Positions 39,987 through 53,239 of a stretch of 64,000 bases of DNA are shown here, piece by piece. Every line of letters begins with the position of its first letter. The stretch's first letter is position 1. The stretch is from Octopus vulgaris (lineage: Eukaryota): positions 120,652,001-120,716,000 of the forward strand of contig OX597817.1 in NCBI GenBank assembly GCA_951406725.2. The letters are read 5' to 3'. The notes beneath the pieces are model-generated. The model was not told where the DNA came from. It ran no database searches and saw only the letters and a program-made list of their open reading frames with translations. Position numbers and translations under genes: made by a program.

Positions 39987-40961
39987 TTCTCTGATACCAG
40001 CTTCGAAACAACTGGAGATAACATGTGGTAGAGAGGACACTTTTTGTTTTGCCAAGGACAAGGCAACCCCTCTAGTGCAGGTGCCATAATGGGGCCTACA
40101 TTGTCACAACTGGTCAGAGACAGACAGTGGTGGAAGGAGTTGTTCCTCCTTCAGGAGCAATGAAGCCCTGGATATTGGATACTTGAAAAAAACAGATAAG
40201 GGCTGGCAACAAGATGCGCATTCATCCATAAAATGCTCTTACAACTAAACCCCTGTTGAGCACATGCTAGTATGGAAAACTAGATGTTAAATGAACAAAT
40301 GAATTTTGGTTCTCTACTAGTAATTTGCAATTAAGATTATACTCTGTATGATATTTAAGTTTGGTTCTTCACTATTTTGTGTTTAATTCTTTCAAGAGTT
40401 CACTCACATTTCTTCTTTTGTCTTTCTTTCCTTGGTCGATAAATGCTGCTGGTGACTCAATCAGCTATACTTCATCAAAAGAAACCATTATGTATGTAAT
40501 TAAATTTAATGACAAAATTTTAGTTCTCTACTAATTAGAGTTCAATTTTAACGTGTTGAAATGCAGTAGTAAAAAAAAAGAAAAGAAAAAAAAAGAGCTG
40601 AATGAATGCTAACTCGAAATAAGAAAGCTATTTCTTCATCATCTGAAATTAATTTTGATTAATAAATAATGTTTATACATTTCTATGCTCAATAAATCAT
40701 TAGTCATGAATATTGAATAGCTAACAATAAACGTCCTAAAATGTAGACCGCAAACCTATGTTGTCTGTTTTCGCTTTATAATTTAAGTTATTCTTTGAGG
40801 CAGAATATAACCTAAGTGCTATTTAAGAAATACTGTAATTCAATGATTTATATAAGCTTTGCAGTGAAAGACAGAACGATTAAGTGGATGGGGAATTGAA
40901 CTGTTTACACTTGGCTGGTGAGTTTAATCTGATGCGCCAAGTGATTGGTGACAGGAAACGA

Positions 40962-41220
40962 ATCATCATCATCATCATCAATTTAACGTCTGCTTTTCCA
41001 TGCTTGCATGGGTGGGACAGAATTTACTGAGGCAAATTTTCTATAGCTGGATGCCTTGCCTGGTGCCAACCCTCACCTGATTCCAAGCAAAGTAATTTCC
41101 CCCCCTCCTTGCCAGACTTTTTCTCATAGAATATTAGAAATAAATGACACTGCTTTATGATGGTGACAAACATTTTAGAACTGTCATGTGATGCCAAGAC
41201 AAGGAGACAGAGCCACACAC
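40962..41220 (-). mobile_element. RTE-tailed SINE family E, older subfamily
   Basis: (CAT)n tttaacgtctgcttttccatgcttgcatggg..gctggatgccttgcc. Related copies near 2480, 5110, 14060, 23650, 24725 and 58640. Confidence 0.75.
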
Positions 41221-41515
41221 ATATACACACATTTCCACACACTTGTTTCGGAAGCAAACTTCTTACTGCACAGCTATACCTGTGCCTATCCTCACCTGCA
41301 CCTGTCAACATCATAATTAATAACCAAGTATAGTAGATTTAATTGATGCTTATTTTATTATTCCAAAAAGATGTAAAACAAAGTTGGCTCAGAGCACAAA
41401 GAGACACTGTTAGATATTACAAAGCCTTTATATTTAATCTTAGAATATAAAGGGATGTAACTAAATACCACTGTCCATTTCATATGGCTCCTTGCTGATT
41501 CTGCCAAATAATAAA

Positions 41516-41563
<48 letters not shown>

Positions 41564-41565
<2 letters not shown>

Positions 41566-42016
41566 AGCAAATATTCTGCTCAATACCACAGATTTGCATG
41601 TCAGTTGTTTGACATTAACCAGTTGAGCATGTCCCTTAGTGGCTGACGATATGTATATCTCTGATCACGAGTAGAAGTAGTGGGGGAGCATCATAGCCAT
41701 GTATTGAGAGGGATTCTTTGGGGTTTGAATAATTCACCTCTGGAAACATGGGTGTTTCGTTCAGCATCCTTAAACAACCCTTAATCAGGGACCTTTTGAG
41801 TGGGATGGGTTACCCGACCAGAAGAAAATTCTGACTGGGCCCCACCCGCAAGGTCATGCGGTGATTATCTTGTTATGAGATCACCATATCGTGCACATAT
41901 GGTTGTGATGCATGTGCCTGGTGTACCCTTATCAGACGGGTAGTCATGATGGGTATACTGGGCTTCGTATATTTTACCCCAGTGTCACTTTGATGGCATG
42001 CACTGCTCTCTCACTC
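41564..42016 (+). mobile_element. Insertion between (TAA)n tracts, probable 3' UTR of an R4/Dong-type LINE
   Basis: Flanked on both sides by (TAA)n. Starts TANIL, resembling an ORF end. Its terminal ~50 bp recur at 42195-42243, again followed by (AAT)n. Confidence 0.55.
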
Positions 42017-42063
<47 letters not shown>

Positions 42064-43642
42064 TAATAATAATGATAATGGTTTCAAATTTTGGCTCAAG
42101 GCCAGCAATTTCAGGGAAGTGGGTAAGTTGATTACATTGACTCAGTCCTCAGCTGGTGCTTATTTTATCGACCCTGAAAGGATGAAAGGCTTTGTACATT
42201 TTACCCTAGTGTCACTTTGATGGCATGTGCTGCTGTCTTACTCAATAATAATAATAATAATAAGGATGATGATGACGATGATTTCTATGTAAGCACTGGA
42301 TCACAGATCTGGAATGAGAGGTTTAGTGTATCAAATCAAACCAAGAATTTCACTGGTATTTCTCTTTTATTCTATCAAAATCAGAAGAAAGAAAAGCAAA
42401 GAAGAAAAACACAGTTGATCTTGGCACAGTTTAAAATTAGAATGTTAAGAGCTATGACTAAATATTAATGATTCTGCCAATCCACAATATAAGATAGAAT
42501 GCCAATCAATCTCACATTATTTAGACATTTCTCAATGAACCAGTATTTCGGTAGTTAATAATATATAGAGTATTTTGTTTCTTTTCTTTGATTCTCATCT
42601 CTACTTTGGTATAATTTCAGTTCTTATTGAATATATATTGATGGTATTATGTTTATTAACTATAGAAGAACAAAAGACTCCATGCATCATAATGTCTAAA
42701 AATGAGACGCATGAATTTCTGGATCTGGCACTTTGCTTCTGAACTTTTCACTTCTCCTGGAACAGATATGAATATCTGTTCCAGGGGAATATATATTCTT
42801 GCATCCAGCAACAGAGAAAGGAACAGAGAGACGAAGTGGGAGTGAGAGAGAGAAAGAAAGAGAGAACTTTTATGTATTTCTTTTAATTGCATATAAAAGA
42901 GATAATTTCATATAAATGTCCCATGACCTCAAATCCCTCAAATCTTCTTCAAACAATATTGAAACCTTGCTGTTCATCTATTATTCATTCTTTCTTATTA
43001 ACATAACATAATGCATTAAGAGGAAAAAAGCCATCCCCATTACGTTAATATATGTTCTATTTTACTTACTTTTTTTCTTGTGTATGTATGTGCTGGCATG
43101 AGTAAGATAAAGACAGGTATGCAAAACTGCATTTTGCCAGACATAGCTTTTTGTCCTCTCATCTATGAGATTTAGCATCCTGAGATCTGACATCGCAGCT
43201 TGTTTCTCATGGCTTTCACAGCTCTTCCTCTGCTATGAATACTTTCTATTTTCAGTATACAGCTCTTTTTCATTCATAACTAATTGCCTATATTATATGA
43301 TCATAGCAGTTTAGTTTTTTTCTGTTCCCTTATAGCCTGCTTTTCATAAAAAATGACCTATTAATTTAACCTTGTATTCTTGTGAATATATTTTTCTGCA
43401 GCCAGAAATTGTGCACATAAATCTAACAAGCTGGCTGTGTGATTAAGACGTTCACTGCACAGCCACCTGGTTTTCAATGTAGTCTCATTGTGTGGCACCT
43501 TGAGCAAGTGTCTTCTACTGTAGCCTCAGGTCAACCAATGCCTTGTGAGTGAATTTGATAGGTGGAAACTGTGTGAAAGCCTATCCTATATATATATATG
43601 TGTGTGTGTGTGTTTGTGTGGGTGTATGCACATACACACATG

Positions 43643-43800
43643 TGAGGAGGTGCTGAAAAGTTCCTGGCTTTGGGTAATGGAAACTACAGGGGGATCAGTT
43701 AATTATGATTTTCTTAAATATATTCTAAAATTCACACATGTATGGCAGTGGTCCTTCAGTTTTTCTAAGCCCTGTAAAAGGACTTTGACGGTTAGGCCTC
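43643..43800 (+). mobile_element. Tc1/mariner-like terminal fragment
   Basis: (c/t)gaggaggtgctgaaaagttcctggctt resembles mariner TIR starts. No partner TIR seen. Confidence 0.5.
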
Positions 43801-44154
43801 TAGTTATCATTAAGCTAGTGTTAGGAACATGAATTGTTCGTTACTGTATTTATTTTGAGATGCTCTGTGCTTCTTTCAATTGCTTTAAATATAACAAAGA
43901 ATTTAGTAAAATAACTTAGTTATCATACAGCTAGTGTTAGGAACATAAATTGTGACTAAGGTTTGGTGGAAGATTTTTATTCCAAACTTATGAAAATAAG
44001 ACATTTGTACTCCGAGCCAGAGCCAGTTTCAGACGGGTTGGTAACAAAAGGGTTAAGGTTTGGAGGAAGATTTTAATTCAGAACTTTTGAAGACAAGACG
44101 TTGGTACTACAGGGCCAGAGGCAGTTTCAGGTGGGTTAATATCAAAAGGGTTAA
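43801..44154 (-). mobile_element. piggyBac-like MITE with duplicated terminal ~98 bp
   Basis: Two ends aaaagggTTAA at 44053-44056 and 44151-44154, each preceded by the same ~95-bp block. Confidence 0.6.
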
Positions 44155-46195
44155 ATGATGATGATTATATGTTATTTTACTCTTAACTTCATAATTATTT
44201 TTATTTTAATATTTCCTGCATAAATGTATTAATATGGACTTAATTTGTTTTTGTCTGCTGGATTTAAGTAGCAGGTGTATATAACAATAAAGAAAAAACA
44301 ATTGATCTTAATAATAATATAAGTTTATAATCCTCCATACTCATACATTTTACAGGAGCCTATAATATATTTTTAATTAAAACTTATCAAGAGAAAATAC
44401 ATTGAGCAAACATTTAAAAAATAACATCTATAAACAATCAGTTGTAGATAATGTAATTGATAGTGTCACATGAAGATCTTGTAAACTTAGATCAACTCTA
44501 ATTGAACAAACCAGTGATAAAGCATCTTCCAACAATGATGAGGATGTTTTGTTTTTTTTTACTTTTTAGATCTAAATAATGTCTCCAGGATTATTTTATC
44601 CATTGTTTCCTTCTATTTTTAAGGTTGCAAAGTGTGGTTTGGAGGTGATTTGGCTGCTATTTCTAGCAGATTGAGTAAATCATGTAGAATCTCGCTCAGT
44701 ATCTGCTGCTGTCCTATTACTGTCCATTGTGCAATATCTAACTCGGAGTAGGTGGGAGGAATACTTAATTTTCATTGGTCCAGTTTACCTACCATTATAT
44801 CATAAGTTTGTGTAATTTTACAATGCTAGCTTTGAGAAAAATCATCATCATCATCATTATCGTTTAACGTCTGTTTTCCGTGCTAGCACGGGTTGGACAG
44901 TTTGACATCATCTAAATATAGTGTGTCGATAGGGTTATAATCCAGGCTGTGTGTTTGTGAGTCAGATCTGCATCCAGTTCTCCTAAATTGTATGTAGATA
45001 TTATAATTGTGTCAGGCATGCACAGGAGTTGAAAAATACTAGAAATAGTTTTTGCAGTGTAATTACATATGAAAGCAGGACAAAAAATTTTTTCAATGTC
45101 CTGTTTTGATATATAATTGAAATATATATGTGGTGTGCCTATTGATAAGCTTTTAAATGTCATTGTTTAGCACCAATATCACGGAGTTGAGTTGATGGTT
45201 GTTAAATTACTAGAGGAATAGAAAGCCAATCTTTGGTTAAAAGTTATGTGTAAACTGACTTTATAAGGGAATGTGTTCTACTTTCCTCCCAAAACAATGA
45301 AAACTTTGGAATAGGTGGAATGGAACACATGATCATTTAGTAAATAGTGGAAAAACTGTACCATTTTTCTTCTGATATATGTAATCATTATCATTCTTAT
45401 CATTATTTAATATTTGTTTTCCATGCTGGCAATAGTTGAATGCATTGACATGATTTGGCAAGCCACAAGGCTGCATTGAGCTCCAGTATCAGCTTTTGCA
45501 TGGTTTCTGTAGCTGGATGGCTTTCCTATGTGTGTGTATGTATGTGTACATGTATATAAGTAGACACATTCATGTATGTAGATACAAGGTGATAGTGTTG
45601 TATACATATCGGTTAATTCAAAAGACCCTTTAGCATTTTAATACTGTTTATCATATACATGATAAAGGGACTTCTGAATCACTGTGTATGTATTGATATA
45701 TTGACAGGGTAGTGAATTGGCAGAATCAACAGAATTATTAAAGTGTCAGATAAAATGTTCCGTGTTAGATTTCATTTGTTTTTGTTCTGGTTTAAAACCC
45801 TGCCAAGGTCAACTTTGCTTTTCATCCTTCCAGGATTGACAAAATACCAAACAAGCAGGAGATCAATTTCATTGACTGCTGACTTCTACCAATAACATGA
45901 TACAGTTGAGCACAAATCCCTGCTCAATCACTGAGCTTGAACAAGTGAATGAAGCAGCACACTTGATAGGGTACACTGCTGTCACATTAATATTAGATAT
46001 CTGTAACACATTGTGTTGCTATCAACTCAATACAACACGACACAATACAGAACAACATACATATACACATCATTCTTTCAAGCATACACATATTTTCTCT
46101 CACTAAAAGTGGACACTACAAAGAAGGAAAATACAAAGGAAAAAGGAGAGTATACATATTCATGCACATTTATTTAGGGTGTTTGTGTGTGTGTG

Positions 46196-46248
<53 letters not shown>

Positions 46249-46249
46249 G

Positions 46250-46450
46250 ACTGGCATTCCATTGCTTATGATGGTGAGGGTTCCAGTTGATCTGATTGAT
46301 GGAACAGCCTGCTTGTGAAATTAACATGCATGTGGCTGAACACTCCACAGACATGTGTCCCCTTAAAATAGTTCTCAGGGGGATTCAGTGTGACACAGAT
46401 TGTGACAAGGCTGGCCCTCTGAAATGCATGTACTACTAATTTTTACCAGC
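46250..46450 (-). mobile_element. SINE family C, 3' half
   Basis: Colinear with 30600-30790. Confidence 0.8.
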
Positions 46451-46461
46451 TGTGTATATAC

Positions 46462-46854
46462 ACTCTTTTACTCGTTTACTTGTTTCAGTCATTTGACTGT
46501 GGCCATGCTGGAGCACTGCCTTTAATCGAGCAACTCGACCCCGGGACTTATTCTTTTTGTAAGCCCAGTACTAATTCTATCGGTCTCTTTTGCCGAACCG
46601 CAAAGTAACGGGGACATAAACACACCAGCATCGGTTGTCAAGCAAACAGACACACAAACACACACACACATATATATATACATATATACGACGGGCTTCT
46701 TTTCAGTTTCCATCTACCAAATCCACTCACAAGGCTCTGGTTGGCCCGAGGCTATAGTAGAAGACACTTGCCCAAGGTACCACGCAGTGGGACTGAACCC
46801 GAAACCATGTGGTTTGTAAACAAGCTACTTACCACACAGCCACTCCTGTGCCTA
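46462..46854 (-). mobile_element. SINE family A, full length
   Basis: Colinear with 9095-9537. Confidence 0.92.
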
Positions 46855-47233
46855 TACATATATATATATATAAATATATATTTATTATTTGAGGGAATAA
46901 AATCCAAACTTACATGGAAAAAGAATTCAATTTAGAAATACTAAATCAAATTCCACACAGTATAATATATATAAAATATTAGAAAAAAACACCTTTTATC
47001 AATTCAAAATGAATAATTAAAGTACACCATCTAGAAAATTACATATAATAGAAAAGTTAAAATTAAAACAACAATAAAAAAGTAAAGATTAAGTAAATAT
47101 ACAAGAATAATGTAATGTATATATAAATATATGAAAATATATATATATAAATATATATATATAAATATATATAAATATATATATATAAATATATAAATAT
47201 ATACATATATATATATAAATATATACATATATA

Positions 47234-47716
47234 CGTATTGCAACACCTCCGCCTGGGATTAGCAGCACACGACCGAATAATGCAATGCAATGCAACTGCA
47301 GATGTGCATCAGAGTGCCCGCTGCAGGGCGCATGTAGGGCGAAAAACGTAATATACTCATGTGAGGTGAGTACTCAGTTTAACACACTCACCTATATTGG
47401 TTGCTCAACCTCCTGGAAATCCAGATACTACAACCACCGGTCCTCGCTGAGACACAGACATAAGGCTAACAGCACCTCCCTCTCTAAAAGAATTTGGGAA
47501 TTAAAAGACAAATGCATAGGCTTCAAACTCAGATGGTCCATCATCGGATCAGCTGCACCTTATTTAAATAATAGAGCAGGATGCCAACTATGCTGTGTAG
47601 AACTCCTGAACATCTTGAAATTCAAAGACAAACACAATCTTATTAACAAAAGGTCAGAGTTCAAACCATCCTGTATACATAAACTTATTAATACTTTCAA
47701 ATACTACAATGCTTAG
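47234..47716 (+). CDS. C-terminal GIY-YIG endonuclease domain of a PLE (fragment; motif set resembles the Hydra group)
   Basis: CNCRxxxxCPLQGAC..VIY..YIG..RYYNH..SLSKRIWELK..W..CQLC..E..LINKRSE..CIH. The frame stays open back to the truncation point at 47234. Confidence 0.88.
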   Translation, partial: RIATPPPGISSTRPNNAMQCNCRCASECPLQGACRAKNVIYSCEVSTQFNTLTYIGCSTSWKSRYYNHRSSLRHRHKANSTSLSKRIWELKDKCIGFKLRWSIIGSAAPYLNNRAGCQLCCVELLNILKFKDKHNLINKRSEFKPSCIHKLINTFKYYNA

Positions 47717-49643
47717 GTCTTATACCAACTCCCCCATGCAATTTCCTCCCACCCGGTGCAACCTGTCGGTTCCAGCACACCCCGCTTTCCTATATGTGCG
47801 TGTGTATGTGTGTGTGTGTGTGTGTGCGTATGTATGTGCACATACGTGTACGTATGTGTACATATACATATATATACACATGTGCGTGTGTGTGTGTGTG
47901 TGTGGGTGTGTGTATGTGCATATACGGTTCCCTGTATTTTCCCCCTATATATACAAATTTTGTCTCCCATATATGACTTCTTTTCCCTAAATATTTCTTC
48001 TCCTACACCCATATCCTCCCTATGTAGTCTCTTTAATTCCCTATATCTATACCCTTTCACATTTCTAACTCAGATGTTGAACGCACACCGCCAAACTCCA
48101 CTTCCCACCCTTCCAATTTTCAGTTCCCCCCGCCCGCCCCTACGTTTAACACACACCTCTAACTTTCAACCACCTCCATCTCATGTTAAACTTTACAAAA
48201 TTATATTTTTATCTTATTTTATTTTATTTTTAGTTTTACTTTTATTTTTACTTTTATCCTACTTCCATTTATTTTTATTTTTAATTTTATTTTTACTTTT
48301 ATTCTACTTCCATTTATTCTCATTTTCATTTTCATCCCTTACCTTAACTCTTATAATTTTTATAATTCTTATACCTCATTTCTAACTATTACATTGTATT
48401 TCTTATTTTATACTGCATTTTTTATTTCTAATCTTTACCCTTACCCTCATTCTTACCCCTAACTTATCGCTTTACACCTCTATATATGTTTATTTACTTA
48501 CCTATGGATCCATCTTTTGAATATACGAGCGTCCGCGTACGTGTGTACACGCATACATACATATGCACGCGCATATGTGTACATGCATACTTCGATATCT
48601 TATAGCTATACCCATGTGCGCGTGTGTCTCTCTGTGTGTGTGTATGGGTGTATATGTGCACGCACATACGGACACACAGCCGTGTGTGCGTGTGCGTATT
48701 GACATGAGTACGGGATCCTTTACTTACGTTCTTATACACATCCTTTAATATCTTATACCCGGACCTAGAGGCGTGGGCATATACGTGTGTGTATGTAGTG
48801 ATGGGCGCGCGTATATACATGTGAGCGTGTACGCGCGTAATGTCCGTGTATATATGCGGATATTCTGTTGTATGTATGTGTGTGTACGCGCGTGCGTGTG
48901 GGTGCGTGTGTGTTTATGGACGTGTTTAAACGCGAGTGCGTGTGTATGCTTATATGCTTGGAGGCGTATATGTACGCGTGTATGTGGGTGTATGTATCCA
49001 TGATGATATGTATGTACCAGAAGTCCATTTAATTCAAGGAACCAGATTAAATGCTCATCAGCTCTGATTTACAACGCATTAAGTCCCCAGACGAAACTGT
49101 TGATTTACTGTTGATTTACTGACAATTCTACAACTAAATTTTATCAATCTCCTGACCACCATGCTTGGTCCGTAACCTCTATACATCCCTTATCTTTACA
49201 TTCTTTTACACTTTTATCATGGTTTTATCAGATTTTTTTACTTTTATTTCTATTTATTTTTATTTTTATTTCTATTTCTATTTTTACTTTATAACCTTAT
49301 GTCTTTACATTTATTTACATTTCTTTATATTTCTTTATACCCCCTTTACATCTCCTTACAACTCTTTATCCTCTACATTTTTATATTATTCTATACTTAC
49401 ACTTTTTATACATTTTTTATCCCTCGTCCCGAACTCTCGCCCCTCCATCTTCACCTCTATATATGTATTTATTTATTTACATTACCTCAACATCCAATTT
49501 TCCTCATTCTACATTGAGAGAAGAAAGAGATGGACGCTTCAATTCTATGCTGCTGCCGCATTATGTCGTACGTGGATGAGAGGATTTGCATCCCCAACCA
49601 AGAATTTTTGATGTAACACATGTCCTTGCGGAAGCTGTTGTGC

Positions 49644-49721
49644 GCGGCTGAAGAAGGCCACAGACATACATTATGCATTGTTATAAATCTGTCTAATAAA
49701 GGCCCAAAACATATGTACCGC
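49644..49721 (+). ncRNA. PLE-type hammerhead ribozyme, probably inactive in this copy
   Basis: GCGG-CTGAAGA-AGGCC[41-nt loop]GGCCC-AAA-ACATATGT-A-CCGC: stem I GCGG/CCGC, palindromic stem III ACATATGT, GUA triplet, G12 position reads A. Confidence 0.75.
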
Positions 49722-50024
49722 TGAATCCTTCGCATCATGTTTTTATTTTATTTTGATCAATTATATATATATATAAATATATACATATATATATATATAA
49801 ATATATACATATATATATATATAAATATATACATATATATATATAAATATATACATATATATATATAAATATATACATATATATATATAAATATATACAT
49901 ATATATATATAAATATATACATATATATATATAAATATATACATATAAATATATACATATATATATATATAAATATATACATATATATATATAAATATAT
50001 ACATATATATATATAAATATATAC

Positions 50025-50059
<35 letters not shown>

Positions 50060-50060
50060 A

Positions 50061-50095
<35 letters not shown>

Positions 50096-50101
<6 letters not shown>

Positions 50102-50243
50102 AATTTTTTGTGTAATAAGATAAAAAACCAAGGCTGTATAGATATTAGAGCATTTATAGACATCAGAGCATTTATATCTATAAATGCTCTAATATCTATA
50201 CAGCCTTGGTTTTTTATCTTATTACGCAAAAAATTCTTATATA
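50096..50243. repeat. Palindrome with ~65-bp arms after a TA tract
   Basis: tataagaattttttgtgtaataagataaaaaaccaaggctgtatagatattagagcatttataga versus its reverse complement from 50177. Confidence 0.92.
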
Positions 50244-50373
50244 CACAAGCTGACATAGAACCAATGTTGAACCCCTTATTCACAATATTACCGAATCTGG
50301 AATTTAACTATGGTCTGTCTGGTAATTCAGCATTACCTGACATTTGGGGTTTCAATGACACCATTATCTCTTA

Positions 50374-50427
<54 letters not shown>

Positions 50428-51281
50428 ATATATCAATCTATCTATCTATCTATATCTATCTATATATATATAAATAGATATAGATAGATATATAGATTGA
50501 TATACAGGAATGCAGGAAAGCAGTTTGCTTCATAACCACGAGGTCCCAGTTTTGGTGATACTACTTGGTAACTTGGGCACACGTCCTCACCATAGCATCA
50601 AGTCAACCTAAAAGCACTTTGCTAAAAAAGTTGCATTCATCCACAAACGCTCTTATGGCGTGTTTGTGTCGCATGTATCTAACATTGAATATCTCAATTT
50701 TTTTCTTTTTACTCAATTTCTGTTTTGTCAGTTTGTTCCTCTTGCATTATTATTACCATATACATTATTTCTTTTCTTAATAATTGATCACGGTTGTGAC
50801 CCATTAATTTTTAGCTGTGAGCCATGTATTTCTAGATTTACAGCTATACGTAGCTTGGATTGCATGGTATGTGTTTCTTTTGCAGCTGTTGCTGGTTTTG
50901 CTTAATAGTTTTGTTATCTATGGTTGATTGGGAAATGCTTAGTAATCAATTTTGAGAAGTATTTTTTTTTTTCCACATTTGTCACAATGTTTAGTTTGAA
51001 GAGTAGGTTGATTCTGATGACATTTCTTTTTCTAATTCTGTTTGGCCAATAATTTGTTTATGTGACTTTTAGTATGTATTCGAATTTTTTTTTCATAATC
51101 CCATTTGCTTATTAGGTCTTTGTTGTAGTCATGGTGCTACTTGATTGAGCAGATTTCTTTTTTTTTGTTAGGGGATATCGTGACTTGGATCTTTATTTCA
51201 GAAGGTGTGGGGTTAGAATATTTGTTTATATATAGTTGTGCTTTGTTTAGTTTTCTATAAGAGTAGTGTGTTCCTATAGTT

Positions 51282-52348
51282 CAGTGTTTCTCAACCTTTT
51301 TACCCTTGCGTAACCCTGAAAATAAATTACATGTGCAGGAGTGGCTGTGTGGTAAGTAGCTTGCTTACCAACCACATGGTTCTGGATTCAGTCCCACTGT
51401 GTGGCACCTTGGGCAAGTGTCTTCTACTATAGCCTCAGCCGACCAAAGCCTTGTGAGTGGATTTGGTAGACGGAAACTGAAAGAAGCCCGTCGTATATAT
51501 GTATATATATATGTATGTATGTATATATGTGTATATGTTTGTGTGTCCGTTTGTCACCCCAACGTCACTTGACAACCGATGGTGTTGTGTTTACATCCCC
51601 GTAATTTAGTGGTTTGGCAAAAGAGACTGACAAAATAAGTACTATGCTTACAAAGAATAAGTCCTGGGGTCAATTTGCTCAACTAAAGGTGGTGCTCCAG
51701 CATGGCCGAAGTCAAATGACTGAAACAAGTAAAAGAGTAAAAGAGAATATCTCAGGAAAACCCTGCACAAAAAAAAAACTATAGACATTATCTTTCTCAT
51801 ATTTTTTCTTTGCAGTTCATGTGGTAAATATCATATATAAATATATACATATATATGTAATAGACTCTCCTGTTGTTAGACAATGTATAAGGGTTCGACA
51901 ATTTATTACCGAACAACCACACAGACGATTTGTTTATAGTAATCAAATGTTTGTGTAGATATAAGCTTACTCCCTCCATCAAATCAACATTACCTGTACA
52001 TGTGGGTGCCACATGTCAGATGTCAAAATGATTGCAAGGCAACATGAAATGAAGTGCTTTGCTCAAGAACAGAACACAATGCTTGGTCTGGGAATTGAAC
52101 CCACAATCTTGCAATTGTGAGTGCAACACTCTAACCACTAAGCCATGTTATATTTTTTTGATAACATAATAGGTTAGATAGGATGATGTCTATATTAAAA
52201 TATTACAATAACCAATAATATGTTGTCCATGTGTAGTAATATTATGATCATGAAATTAGCATTAGCTTAACTCGCACTTTCTTATGGAACCCCTAGGAAT
52301 GTTTTATGGAACCCTAGGGTTCCAGGAAACCCCAGTTGAGAAATGCTG
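51282..52348. mobile_element. hAT (Charlie-like) non-autonomous element with nested SINEs
   Basis: Ends CAGTGTTTCTCAAC and GTTGAGAAATGCTG; subterminal ggaacccc repeats; contains family A (51332-51746) and family D (to 52148) insertions. TSD not clear. Confidence 0.65.
51332..51746 (+). mobile_element. SINE family A, full length
   Basis: gcaggagtggctgtgtggtaagtagcttgc ... gaaacaagtaaaagagtaaaagag. Confidence 0.92.
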
Positions 52349-52518
52349 CAGTAGGCAGATTTAGTGTCATGTCTATCAAATTTACTATGTGTAGGTTGTT
52401 TTGTTTGGTTATCTTGAAGGTTAATTTTTACATGATATTGTTTTCTCCTTCATGTATGTTGTTTATTTATGTCCCTCCATCATTTGGAAGATGTACACAT
52501 ATACACAAAGATATATAC

Positions 52519-52700
52519 ATATGTGTGTGTATGTATACACACAAAAACACTCACACATGTACATATAGATAAAATTAAATTATATATTTATACATAATTA
52601 TATATATGTGTGTGTATGTATACACACAAAAACACTCACACATGTACATATAGATAAAATTATATATTTATATATAATTATATATATGTGTGTGTGTATG
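52519..52700. repeat. ~85-bp tandem duplication
   Basis: atatgtgtgtgtatgtatacacacaaaaacactcacacatgtacatatagataaaatt at 52519 and 52604. Confidence 0.88.
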
Positions 52701-53072
52701 TATGTATGTAAGGTTGTATGCATATATTTATTTGTGTATATCATCTTCGTCATCTGTTTTTCTCCAGTGGCACATGCCTTGAATGGATAATGTATAATTA
52801 TGCATATTTATGTATATGTACATATGCATACATACATAGATATGCTGTCATGCACATACATACATATGTAGGAAAGAGAAAGCAATTTGAGAAAGTGTTT
52901 CTTGCTGTGCAATTATTTAGATTTAATGTTTACATTAGAAAGAAGATGCTTATACCTCCCTGGATTTGAATTGGAGAGAAAATAGACTCAAATGGAATTG
53001 AAAAAAAAATATGTACCCAAGAAAACAAACAAAAACAATGAACTACAAAACTTTAAACTAAATCTCCAACAG

Positions 53073-53239
<167 letters not shown>

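Larger units (their letters stand above)
47234..49762 (+). mobile_element. 5'-truncated Penelope-like element: GIY-YIG ORF end, ~2-kb 3' UTR, terminal hammerhead, flanked by TA tracts
   Basis: Open GIY-YIG frame, CpG-retaining UTR, hammerhead fold at 49644-49721, TA tracts on both sides. Confidence 0.88.

Noticed and set aside
49020-49105. Minus-strand CTGATGA-G-CATTTAAT..ATTAAATG hairpin and a nearby plus-strand GACGAAAC
   Set aside because: Each is only half of a hammerhead core and they lie on opposite strands.
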